Source: Coniocarpon cinnabarinum (taxonomy: Eukaryota). From it: DNA of 64,000 nt. Below, in pieces: positions 42,419-53,291 of this stretch. Numbering within the stretch: the first letter of the stretch is position 1; every line of letters starts with the position of its first letter. The translations under genes were made by a program, and so were the position numbers. The DNA is taken from positions 186,001 through 250,000 of the forward strand of contig JAVECO010000002.1 of the NCBI GenBank assembly GCA_051942205.1. Reading direction: 5' to 3'. The notes beneath the pieces were generated by a model. It was not told the DNA's origin and ran no database searches. It saw only the letters and a program-made list of their open reading frames with translations.

Positions 42419-45400
42419 TCACAGCGCCTCCCACTCGCCCCAGACACACCAGCGAGCGCTCCGATCAGCCAGCACAAGTCCCCGCCACGTGCCTCGTTCC
42501 CCAATCTTGATGATCGTTTCCCACGCCGTGCCCGCTTTGCACACTCCGCTTTCTTCTTCTCTGCCAACGGGGTTGATCTTCTGCGTCATGCGTAGAATCT
42601 TGCCGCTCGGGCTTTGAATGGCAAGCTTGGCCGGCTTTTCCTTCCCGTCTTTGCTGCTGGCACTTCCGTGCGATGCACCTGACGCATTCGATGGATTGGA
42701 ATATGCAGAGCCCGATGCAGATATGCTGGCCATTGACAAGGCGCTGCTGGGTCGACCTATGCTAAGCGCGCTGCTTGGACGACCAATGCTCATCGCACTC
42801 CCAGGCCGGCTGGGAACACCAGAGCCCGAATCCCCAGTCGGTCGATGTGGGTTTGTCTGACCAGAGGGATGCTGTCGTACCGAAAATACAAAGGTATTGT
42901 TCATGACCAGATTGCGACACAAAGGACCCACAACATAGAGTTCATGACGCAAGGCATGAGGTGTTGGATGGCGAAGGAAAAAGTCGTATGGAGGGTTGTC
43001 CCCGCCATCGTACACCAGTGGTAGTGCCAGCGCCAAAGAGTGTGGATTCTTGTGAATGCCCTGCATCAGTCCTCGCTTCCCGGCGAAGATGTTGAGAACG
43101 CCGCGCGGACAGCTGGTGGAGCTTGGCGGTAGAACACCTTTGATCGTGTACCTTTTCAAGGGCAGAGGATCGTGAGGCAAAGTAATGTACTCCGCTTGCG
43201 CAAGAGCGCGTTTCTTGGACGTATCTCCTGACTCAAAGAGATCTCCATCAGCGTCGAGAGCGAAGGACTGAGATTCGACTTCAGCATATAGCTCGGTATC
43301 GTCCGGAACAGATATTTGAATGTGAGCCATGTCGAGCTTCTCGAGATGCACCAGACTAGTATCATAATCCCACATAGAACATCCGTTCTTGAAGAAAGCA
43401 GGGCATGCTACAGGCAGTGCAAGCAGAACGTCGTGCGTAAGTGGAGGAAGTACGTGCTGCTGCTCGGGCAGAAGTGGCACATGCGTATAGCAGAATTCCA
43501 TTGGGCGCGCCAAAAAGTACCAGCTGTCTGCGACTTGGTTGCTTGTTGCCGAATATGCACTGCGGTGAGGATTCGTCGGGCTAGCAAGCGCGCAGTCCAT
43601 CATGCGCCATTCTCCTTCAACGATGACGGCGTTCCACCAGTGATTTGGGCGAGCCGCGGCCTCTTGGAGGTCTTGAGCTGAGAAAGTCTCTCCAGGGGTC
43701 TTCAGATACCCGTGGACCACCTCTGCATGCAATCCGACAGCCAAGCACATTTGTGCGACAAGTGCAGCGATCTCTTCGGAGCATCCTCGTCTTGACACAA
43801 TCACTCGCCGCGGGTCAATCTTGCCCTCATAGTCCTCTTCCCACGCAACACGTTCTGACACCCATGTGAAAATTGCTCGAAGTCTTTGCACGTCGCTTCG
43901 GTACTGTCGGCATAGGTACGTTTGGGAGAGTGAGGTGGCGTTGATCATGGTGGGCAGATTTGTAACAAACCTGGCGCTTCTGTCGACCAACGCTAGATTG
44001 CCATTGGAGAAGTCTGTGGGATCCGAGATCGGGTAGCCATCTGCGCTCTCGTCTCCTTCAGCGGTTTCATTGAGTATGTCAGCAGGATTCATGACAGGTA
44101 GATCCAGCATTTGACATCTCTCTGCTCGCTCATTGCGCTCATTGCGACTGAGAGAGTTTGACCGGTTCACGTCCCTCCGCATTTGAACCCAATCGATGCC
44201 ACCACCGCCTCCATCACCACCAAGGCCCATGTCTTGAGCAGGATGCCTGGACTTGGCCCCAGAGATCGAGGTGATGCCGTCCAGCATGCTCTTCGGTCTT
44301 TGCGGTTGCTCCCGACTGGTGTCCGTAGCCATGTTGGTCCTTGCAGATGCTGCAGTTGTGCGCGCAGAGTCTTTGATTCTTTGAAACAAGCCGCGTTTCT
44401 TTGCAACAGGAGAGGCAAGCCCGCCGAGTAGGCCTCCCTGATCCCCGCCTTCGCCACTGCTGAGTTCCACGCGTGCATCAGTGGCATGGCTTGAATGATA
44501 CGAGATACCACTCATGGCCGTTGCAGGTCGCGGATTGTCTGTGCTGGATTGAGGTCCGTGATTACCATCTGTACCGAATTTGCGTCTAGCCCAGCTTCCT
44601 GCGCTGGTTGCGCTGAAACCGCCCGCCGAGTGTCCACTCATAAGTGATTGGCTTGTTGCTGAGCTGCCATTGCTGTTGTTGGTAGTGCTGCTCTGGGCCG
44701 TCGAAGAAGCAACTGTGATGCTCGATTTGTTCGTGAAGGTCCTCGCCAAACGATCTCTGCTCTGGCCGCGACTAGATTTGTGCTCTCCGAGACCTCGTCG
44801 TGATAGGGCCCTTCCAAAACTTCCCATGCGACTATGCGTTCGCCAACCGCCACTTTCGGATGCGTCAGGTCGTGAGGATTGCGCAGCGGAACTTCCTGGC
44901 CTGGAGCTCGAATGGGCTGATGGCGGTCGCGGTAAGGTTTTCTGGTTTTTGGAGTGCCGGGGCGTATTCACGTATTCTTCGTCCGCGAGAGAGCCTGTTC
45001 TATGAAGCTTGTCAAGTCGACGCTCCATCCGCTCCACGTAGCTGCTCAGTTGCTGGTCGTAATCTTGTTGCGGCTGTGTCATGACATTCCGTGAATCGCG
45101 TTCGTCCTCGTTGTGTTGCACAGTGTTCATAGTATGTCTCGGTCGTTGTTCGCGTGCCATCTCATACACCTGGTCAAATGCATCTGGAGACCAGACTTCA
45201 GACTCGTTCTGATGTCCTTCTCCATCTTCATTGATTGCGTCGTCGCCATCTTCTACGCCCATGCCTTCAAGCGAGGTCATCACGTCGTTCATTGCATCAC
45301 GTAAAGGAGACGGTGTTAAGCCAGTATGATGACTTGGAGCCGGCGATGGTGTCCGCTGACTTTGCTGAAGCTCGTAAGAGTGCATAGAAGATCCTGGAAG

Positions 45401-46237
45401 CTGATCGCCTTCTTGGTCTTCATCCTCCTCTTCCTCTCTTAACTGCTGCCGCGTGTATGCAACTCGATGAGCAGGTGGAGGAGGCGGCGGTGGCGAGGCT
45501 TCTGCCTCTCCTTCTTCCTCTTCCTCTTCTTCTTCTACTTCGAAGTCCTGGCCCTGGTTCTCGTTGTTGTATCTGTCAACAATCATTGGGGATGGTGGGC
45601 GTGAAGGCTGAACTTCTCGATAGCGATGGTAACTTTGCCGGTTCAGCGATTCGTTCGTGGCTTCTTGCATCGGTTTGATTGAAGGGCGGTGCACACCACC
45701 TCTTGCGATGGGCTGAGGTATCTTTGGCGACGGCGGACGAGACAACTTTGCATTTGGGGGCGGCCAGCTCAATTCTGGCTTTTTCATAGCTGAATACGGC
45801 TTGGTAGTGGCTTTCTTCGCGGTAGGTGTAGACGAGCGTGACTGCAGGTCTCGCGCAGCTGCCTGAGGGTTCGGGGCACCAGCCGCAGCATGTGCTGAGA
45901 AAGGCTTACGGAAAACACTCTTCGGTTTGGGTGTTGCTGCGGGAGTGGTCTGGCCGGAACTGGGGGGAGTCGAGGTATGGCGACCTGGCATGGGACTGGC
46001 ATTTCGCGTCGCTGGCTGAAAGGCTTGGTCTAGTACTTTGACAAAGTTGGACGGAAATTTCCCCACCATGCGCGGATCGCGCTTCAATCGTCCAGTCCAC
46101 CAAGAACCATCACCGGCATTGAGACATTCGATGTAGTCGCCTTCGAGAAATCCTAGGTCGCGCCTCGTCTCCCCGCCGTATGAGTATACAGCTTTGACCC
46201 AGCATGGAAACTTGCTAGGAAGTTCAGGAGCCTCCAT
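42419..46237 (-). CDS. CYK3: Cytokinesis protein 3 (SH3 + transglutaminase-like domain)
   Basis: N-terminal SH3 (KFPCWVKAVYSYGGE..RDLGFLEGD...GSWW.G...FPSNFV). Also QRLRAIFTW, GYLKTPGE, NHWWNAV, LAIQSPSGKI and WRGLVLADRS. Confidence 0.93.
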   Translation of the reverse strand: MEAPELPSKFPCWVKAVYSYGGETRRDLGFLEGDYIECLNAGDGSWWTGRLKRDPRMVGKFPSNFVKVLDQAFQPATRNASPMPGRHTSTPPSSGQTTPAATPKPKSVFRKPFSAHAAAGAPNPQAAARDLQSRSSTPTAKKATTKPYSAMKKPELSWPPPNAKLSRPPSPKIPQPIARGGVHRPSIKPMQEATNESLNRQSYHRYREVQPSRPPSPMIVDRYNNENQGQDFEVEEEEEEEEGEAEASPPPPPPPAHRVAYTRQQLREEEEDEDQEGDQLPGSSMHSYELQQSQRTPSPAPSHHTGLTPSPLRDAMNDVMTSLEGMGVEDGDDAINEDGEGHQNESEVWSPDAFDQVYEMAREQRPRHTMNTVQHNEDERDSRNVMTQPQQDYDQQLSSYVERMERRLDKLHRTGSLADEEYVNTPRHSKNQKTLPRPPSAHSSSRPGSSAAQSSRPDASESGGWRTHSRMGSFGRALSRRGLGEHKSSRGQSRDRLARTFTNKSSITVASSTAQSSTTNNSNGSSATSQSLMSGHSAGGFSATSAGSWARRKFGTDGNHGPQSSTDNPRPATAMSGISYHSSHATDARVELSSGEGGDQGGLLGGLASPVAKKRGLFQRIKDSARTTAASARTNMATDTSREQPQRPKSMLDGITSISGAKSRHPAQDMGLGGDGGGGGIDWVQMRRDVNRSNSLSRNERNERAERCQMLDLPVMNPADILNETAEGDESADGYPISDPTDFSNGNLALVDRSARFVTNLPTMINATSLSQTYLCRQYRSDVQRLRAIFTWVSERVAWEEDYEGKIDPRRVIVSRRGCSEEIAALVAQMCLAVGLHAEVVHGYLKTPGETFSAQDLQEAAARPNHWWNAVIVEGEWRMMDCALASPTNPHRSAYSATSNQVADSWYFLARPMEFCYTHVPLLPEQQHVLPPLTHDVLLALPVACPAFFKNGCSMWDYDTSLVHLEKLDMAHIQISVPDDTELYAEVESQSFALDADGDLFESGDTSKKRALAQAEYITLPHDPLPLKRYTIKGVLPPSSTSCPRGVLNIFAGKRGLMQGIHKNPHSLALALPLVYDGGDNPPYDFFLRHPTPHALRHELYVVGPLCRNLVMNNTFVFSVRQHPSGQTNPHRPTGDSGSGVPSRPGSAMSIGRPSSALSIGRPSSALSMASISASGSAYSNPSNASGASHGSASSKDGKEKPAKLAIQSPSGKILRMTQKINPVGREEESGVCKAGTAWETIIKIGERGTWRGLVLADRSARWCVWGEWEAL

Positions 46238-46846
46238 TGACGGCGTGGAGACCGCAAGGCAAGATTACCAAGCAGATGCGAGTTCTCGGCGGTCTAGATG
46301 TGGATGGAGCTGAGACCGACCAAGTTGATGATGCTCTGCATGAAGGACTGGGACTCGGAGCTCGAGCTAAAGAGTCTGCCCAATACTAGCTGCGGGAGAG
46401 ATTCCAGTGCTGCAGCATGATTCGCAGGAGGCTTGGCGACTTCTCCACGAGGTAAACAATGGGGTTGCTGAGGCGATAACTAAGCAAGTGGGCAGGGTTG
46501 GGAATCGAAGCCCTAGTCTTGGACGTCCACTCCACTCGCTCTCCATCAACGTCTTCAGAACTTCGAGTAATTCGTCAGCATCTGTGCGAGGTCTGATCTG
46601 GCCATACTGTACCTCAGTATGAAAATAAATTTTGATGTTTCGATGGCGCAGACGCTGGACTTGTCGGTCCTTCGAACTCGGCAGTTCAATCAACTAGGCC
46701 GTCCCGTCTCTTGGTGTGACTCACCCTTGGTGAATGGGACGAGGATACTCGCCTTCTCGTATCCGCTCAGTCAAGCTAGCCAGACAAGAGTACGAGCATA
46801 ATCGCAATCATGGCTGTCATCCAAACTTGAGCAACAGCCCGCGATC

Positions 46847-49005
46847 TTATCCATCATCCAATAAAGCTTCCCACAATTCCCTTCCCCCTTCTACAAACTC
46901 ATTCCCAATGCAATTCACCAACCACACATCCCGTCGCACCGCCTCCAGACATGTCGCGCTCTTGCTTCCCCTGGGAAACACGCGACCCCATGCTCGCCAA
47001 AGCTCAAACGCCTCCTCACTCCACGCGCGGAAACTCACCGCCTCAATAATCGTGGGCGTCACAATCTCCTTGCCCCGGAAGGCGCCCCACGTCACGGGAT
47101 TGACACTCTCGGCGTGATTACTGATGAATTCTCCCTGCGCATTTGCCGCGAAGAAAACCACCTCCTCGCTTTTGTCTGCCAAGCGCTTGCGCAACCTCTT
47201 CCAGTCCTCGGAAGGTAGGAAGAACTCCACGAATGGCTTTTGCCACACCCAGCCGTTTCGAGGACCCCAGCCCACTACCTCGTCAGAGGAAGGGACACAA
47301 TTCACGCCAGGCTGACTGGCGATGCTCCACCAGCCCTTGCTGTTCATGCGTTGGAGTTGAGGCAGGATGAGTTTGGTCTCGGCGGAGAGTGGTTCAGGCC
47401 CTTCGGACCAGGGAAGGAGGGAGAGGGTGCCATTCAGGTGACGTGCGAAGAGGTGAGTTATTTCTTGTGGTGTGGTAGGCTGGCCCCAAAGGGAGAGCGC
47501 GCGCGGGGGAGGGATTGGGAGTGCGGGACTGTAGGTTGGCGCGATGTTGAAAGCTGTGACTGAGGTTAGCTACCTGTAAGAATGAAGGTTTCAGACCGAG
47601 TGTTGAGCCTCGTGTATGCAAACCCTGTGATGTTGAGGTGATGAGGGTGAGCGAACGGGTTTCCTCTAGGTGGCACGATCAAGGCTGATCTGGGGTGCTC
47701 GGATATTCATGGTTGAGAAGGTTGAACTCCTCACTCACCTGGACTTCTCGCATCGCCAAATCGACCATTGGGATAGTCGTCCCATGTCGCTTCCCGTCCA
47801 AGACTTCCTTGTCCTTCTGCTACAGCAAGTGCTTTTGACTTTGATGTAGGCCGCTCACTGGGCATTCCCGCTTCGTCTTCGGTCGCTTCAAAGGCAGCTT
47901 CATCTTTGCCGGGATCTGGCGGTACGTCTACCACGACACGGTTATTGAGTTCAGGATCCCTAGCGGACAAAGGTCTCTTCTGGGCTGCTGTATCCGGAGA
48001 GTGGGTTTCTGCTCCATTGGTTAAGCCATTTGTATGAGGTCTGTCGTCTTCGCCGTCTGGTAGCTGTTCCACGAGCCTTGATAATTCCAGGATATCCGCT
48101 ACCGCTTTTTCGAGGTTCAAAGTGTAAAAGTGGAAGCCTCGCACGCCTTCTGCACGGAGTCTCCCAATCATGCCCACCACTTCGTCGACGCCGACCTCCT
48201 TGACCTTCTCGTCGTCGCCTTTTACACTTTCATACCGCTTCATCATCTTCTCAGGTACTTTTGCACAGCTCAGCTTCGTCGTCCGGGTCAGTATGCCCCA
48301 GGACTGGACAGGCATGAGTCCTGGCATGATCGGTATGTTCTTGAACAAGCCGCTTGAATCCGAGCGAAGCAAAGATTGCCACGAGAGAAAGGCGGACGTG
48401 TCGTAGAACAGCTGCGTCATGATAAAATCTGCACCGGCGGCCACCTTGTCCCTTAGGTAGGGTAGATCTTTGTGCACAGACTGATTCAAGCTCCATTGGT
48501 TTGTTGCGTGTCCTTCAGGATACCCCGCTACGCCAATGCAGAAGTAATCGCCGTGCTTCCGACGAATGTAGCGCACGAGGTCAATCGCGTACTCGAACGT
48601 CTCTTCATCTTGCCCGTCCAGACCTGCGGAGTCCTCCTCCAGGTCTCGATATTCATCCCTGGGCTCGTCGCCACGCAGCGCCAGGACGTTGCGGATGCCG
48701 GCCTCTTTGCAACGCTCCAGCGCGTCGTCCAGGATGCGCTGGCGCATGTTGGTGCACGTCAAATGGAGGCATGTCGTGAGACCGTACTGCTGCTGACAGA
48801 GCGTTGCGAGATCGATGGATTTGTGCGCGGTGCTGCCTCCGGCGCCCCAGGTGACAGCCACAAACAGTGGATTGAGACGCGCAAGTCGAGAAAGGCGAGG
48901 ATGAAGATTGGCGAGGCCGTCGCTGGTTTTTGGAGGGAAGAATTCAAACGAAAAGTATGGGGCCTCGGGGTCTTTCGGGAGCCTATCAATCACTCGTTGG
49001 GCCAT
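46847..49005 (-). CDS. MET12: Methylenetetrahydrofolate reductase, MET12/metF type (exons 49005-47739, 47553-46847)
   Basis: FSFEFFPPKT, VTWGAGGST, HLTCTN, LALRGD, AGYPEGH, TQLFYD, HFYTLN, WDDYPNGRFGDARSP|AF, SQPGVN, WGP..G.V.QK, VTWG.F.GKEI. The paralog assignment (MET12 vs MET13) rests on the N-terminus as recalled. Confidence 0.9.
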
Positions 49006-49443
49006 GTCAAAGCGGTATGAAGGGATCCCAAAGGTCTTTCGTGCTTGACGAGGCTCGACTTAGCTGACAATGAGCTCACATGGCGTGCTGGGAATGGTTT
49101 GAAGGTCGGCAATGTGGAAAATGGTTCATGTTGGCGGAAAAGACGAGGACGGGAGTGAGCAGTGACGCAACAGGGACCCTCGCAGCCCCCTCCCAATGAG
49201 GCGGCACAGCGGGGCATGCTGTGGGCGCATAGGCCCCGTTACAAACCCCACGACACCCTGACGAGGCCCTAATTTTAGGATTCAGGAGCATCTCCCCGGC
49301 GGCGTCCACGGGCAGCTGCAGGTACAAATATCAAACGCAGTCTCCACTCCATTCATCGCTACATTAAACACATCTACGAATGACACGCGCGTATCGCCAG
49401 CAAAGCGGACAGAGTCGAGAGCCTTCAGCCTTCAGCCTAAACT

Positions 49444-51012
49444 TCAGTACGGGCTCAGCCCCTTCTCAATCACCGTCTTCGCCGCCTCAATCTTGTACTT
49501 GCGTCCCTTGGCCAGCCACACCACAAAGCTCGGCAGCTTGTGCCCGTACACCACGCCCACGCCCCCCGGCTTGCGATATCCAATCGGCACAATCTGACTG
49601 TCCCGCGGGTCCTTCGTGTATTCGTAGTCCTGCCGCGACAGCTCCTCGATCTCGTCCCTGTTGCCGCCATACGGATTCTCGATGAACTTTTGGTAAGCCA
49701 GCAGGTCGTTGACCATGTTGTTCATCAGCACGGGAATCGCTGCGTAGACGTCCATGATACAGTTCGAGCTGTAAGCCGCACAGTCTCCGATGCCGTATAC
49801 ACGGACGTTTTGGTTCACGTCGCCTTCCGAGAGTCGTCGAGGAGGTGGCGGGTTCGATCCGTTGGGCGGCAGCGAGTCATCAGTGGGCGCGAGCTCGGGT
49901 GGCACCTCGACGCGCAGCGTAGATGGCATGGGAGTTGTTGCAATGTATCCGTTGCGGATCAAGGGACTGTCAGATGGTAGGAACTGAGTATTAGGACTAA
50001 CACCTGTGCATGGAATGTAAAGATCGCACTGAATATAGTCACCATTAGACAGCTTGAGCGTGGTTTTGTTCTCTTTCGACACAGTGGCCCCAACCACACG
50101 TGTGTCATGAACCACCTTGACTCCGAGGCCGGATAGCTGCTTGTAGGCTTTCAGACCGACACTTTCTTCGAGCTGGGGCAGCAGTCGCAACGCTCCACTC
50201 AGGAGAATGATCTTCTTCGAATACGGTCGGAACCCCGTTTTGGTGGTGGTGAACCACGACAGCGGATTCATGCTGGTGACCGGCTTTCTTGGACCAAACG
50301 GCAGATTAAACCAGTAAGCGATCTGTCCAGCTGTCTCCACACCAGAAGGTCCACCACCGGCTATCACAACCGTGTCAGCGGTCGGTAGTCGCTTATGGAA
50401 CTCATCTAGGGCATAGAGCGTATTGAGATGAGGCCCACGAAGTGACATAAGCGGCGTGTGAGCTGTGGAGCCTGTGGCAATGATCAGGGCATGGTAGTCA
50501 ATGGTATAGGTCTCATCCGACGGGCTCTGGAATGCACCCCACGTCGTTGGAGGCGGCTCATCTGGCAGGTTGCCAAAGCCAGAAATGTGCTTGGCCGCCC
50601 TTGTGGTGGTAGACACCGCTCTTCCAATCTTGGTGGCTACACTCGGCTCCACTCCGTGCGTGCTTGTGTCTGCGTCATGAGCCGGGGGCGCAATCGTAAT
50701 TTCCCGATTTTTGGTGTCGAGCCCCACAGCTGTGCCATCGACGTACTCAAAATCTTCTGGATCGTAATCTTTGAAAGCGTTTGCTAGTGGTTGGAAGGAG
50801 TCCTGATGGGCGATGAGCTGATCAGAAACCAACGCGCGAGGTGCACTGATGTTCCAATAAATGTGGGTTGAGGGAGTGACCACGACGATTTTGTACGCAA
50901 ACTTTTTGTTCGCCGTAATTTCCGGAATCGCGTTTTTGACTAGGTGGTGTACACAAGAAATGCCCGCGAACGAGCCTCCCAAAATGACGATCTTTAGCCT
51001 CTCCGCCGCCAT
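49444..51012 (-). CDS. AIF/AMID-like FAD-dependent pyridine nucleotide-disulfide oxidoreductase
   Basis: IVILGGSFAG (FAD), LIIATG, VVIAGGGPSGVETAG (NAD), VYGIGD, and the C-terminal VPIG...GVG...G.KLPSFVVWLAKGR. Confidence 0.88.
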   Translation of the reverse strand: MAAERLKIVILGGSFAGISCVHHLVKNAIPEITANKKFAYKIVVVTPSTHIYWNISAPRALVSDQLIAHQDSFQPLANAFKDYDPEDFEYVDGTAVGLDTKNREITIAPPAHDADTSTHGVEPSVATKIGRAVSTTTRAAKHISGFGNLPDEPPPTTWGAFQSPSDETYTIDYHALIIATGSTAHTPLMSLRGPHLNTLYALDEFHKRLPTADTVVIAGGGPSGVETAGQIAYWFNLPFGPRKPVTSMNPLSWFTTTKTGFRPYSKKIILLSGALRLLPQLEESVGLKAYKQLSGLGVKVVHDTRVVGATVSKENKTTLKLSNGDYIQCDLYIPCTGVSPNTQFLPSDSPLIRNGYIATTPMPSTLRVEVPPELAPTDDSLPPNGSNPPPPRRLSEGDVNQNVRVYGIGDCAAYSSNCIMDVYAAIPVLMNNMVNDLLAYQKFIENPYGGNRDEIEELSRQDYEYTKDPRDSQIVPIGYRKPGGVGVVYGHKLPSFVVWLAKGRKYKIEAAKTVIEKGLSPY

Positions 51013-53291
51013 TGCAGCGCCCGTGGCTCACGATCGCGATGTGGAAGCTTGATGCGTGAGGCGGTGTTGGACATCTTGTGCAAATGTAGACCATGACAAA
51101 GGTACGTTTTCGGGACTCTTGGAATTGCTGGGAGCGGAGGGCAAAAACAAAGAAGTGTCAAAATCTTGAGCGCTCTGGGACGTTCAACATGGACAAAGAA
51201 CTTCTGCCATGTCTTGCAATGCATTCCTCCACGCGATGATTGATGTCGCCTTCGGTCAATCACCTACAGCGTGATTTGATTTCAGTTTCTGTTTGGATTG
51301 GCCATTGAGAACAAAGACCTGTGCTGAGGCGGGCGATGTTTTCGGCTGCCTCGAGGCTTGGACTTTCACGCCGTGGGATGTCGCTGGCCTTAGTAACAGA
51401 CTGACTTGCTGCGATAGCATTGAAACAAACATCCCCCAAAAATTTGAATTAAATCTCGATCACTTTTTTGAAGGACTCGGCGGTGGCTGTGGAGGAGGCG
51501 GGGGGGTATCGCCGCGAGAATAGTTCCAGAGTTCCGCGTCAGAACTCGCAAGCTGATTCATCGCTTGCATTTTGCCGTCGATATGTGAAGGAAATAGGAA
51601 ATATGAGGGGCTACACTATGAAATTAGGAAAGCAACCAGCTGGAGTCGAGGGGGGACTAGCAAGACTATGATGACTCCTCTGGTGATTTACGTGCACGAC
51701 TACGGGAAAAGAGGGAACGGCAGCAAAGGAGAAGTACAAGTAAGCAGCAGGGGATGCGATCAAGTCAGGGAGCCAGGCAACCAGACATCGTTTTCGAGCT
51801 ACGTGCTTCGAATTGTGGACGAAAAATTTTTTGGCCTCGATAAGAGATGAGATCCGAAGGTCCGGGCAGGAGAGGAGACCTATGCAAGGACCCGCTGGAG
51901 CAACGCGTACAGAAGCAGGAGGCCGTGCTCTTATTGACGGTGGAGTCCATCTTGTGCTGCTGAGTGGGACGATGGCACAACACCCAGGCATCGACAACTC
52001 ATCTAGATGGCTTACCTCAACAACTGCGATGGCCGTTGATACACGCGTGAGTGGACGATTGGAGACGGTCGTTGCATATCGATCGGTTCCACAGCTGCAG
52101 CCGAAAGCGTCGTGAACGGCGGGTGTTGTCGTGCTGGGGGTGGTGGCCAACACGTTAGACCAACGGCAGCGGACCGGTCGGTGCGCGTGTCGCCATCTTT
52201 GTGGCCCTATTTGAGCTGGCAGGCTGGGGCAGGGCGCACACTACTCTTTGCCGTCGTGCAGACCGCCATTCGCTCGCCTTCTAGACCCGCGCGGACAGCT
52301 GGTGCCTCTTCCCCGAGCGGCGGCTGCAACGTGAGGCCACGCGTGGTGCAACGCAGGGCGAGGGCGGGCGCCGGGCGAGGTGTTGGTGGAAGCATGCAGC
52401 GGCCTTATCATTGTTGAGAGAGATCGCCTGTGTCGCGGTAGCATCCAACGACGCCGGGGGATGGGGATGGAGACTGTTGGTGCTGCAGCGTCGAGAAGTG
52501 CATGTGGAGCGAGGAGGAAAGGAGGAGGAGCTGGAGCTGGAGGGCGCTGCTCGATTGTGTGATCCGTAGGGCTGAGTGGCTGTCCAGAGTCTCTCCACGG
52601 ACGCGGGGCGGCGTTGTGGCCTTGGTGCCTTAGGGCATGCATTAGCGTCTGCCGGTGCCGCGTCGAGGATTCCAGGCACCGCGCGCCCTCAGCGGCGGTG
52701 AAGGTGCCGTGGTGTTCATTACTCAGCGCCGGCCCTGACGGTGTGCGATGAGGAAGGCGACTCTGAGGTTCTCTGACAGGTCGCATGGCTGACCACTCGC
52801 GCCATCGCCTCTCCAGCGTCAGCTCCAGCTCCAACTCCAGCTCCATGACCCGCGACACTGGTCCTCCTCCTTTGCATGCGGTCCTGCGTACCTGGCTCGA
52901 CCGCCTCGCCGCCAGATCGCCATGTGCCCTGTCTCGGTACCGCATCCCCGGATGTCGTCTTGTACCAGCAGAGCAGATCACGCCCACCTCCAACCCGCCA
53001 ACAGCCATCGTCAACGTGAGGCTGGCTGTCATGGTAGGGCGTGGGCGTGACCGGACTCATTGCATCTGCTTGGCAGCGACATCTTCCCCATCTGCCGTTC
53101 CTGATCGTCGTCACTTGCAATGCAGGTGTACTTCCATTGCATATAGGCGTGCTCTTCATCTCGATGCTTGCTGCCAGAAATGCTCTGTCATTTGTGTATC
53201 CCAAGCCTCTGGAGTTGCTTCTGGGGCCTGATTCGTGGCATGCCAAGGTCTTGTGGGTGAGTAAAGTGCTTCATGCCGGCACTTGCACTCG

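Noticed and set aside
47554..47738. Apparent split or truncation of MTHFR
   Set aside because: A 185-nt GT-AG intron with a gctaac branch site restores DARSP|AF and the full regulatory domain.
51100..53290. Overlapping GC-rich ORFs (e.g. 52241-53032, 51611-52153)
   Set aside because: Low-complexity R/P-rich translations in several frames. This is more likely the long upstream region of the AIF-like gene.
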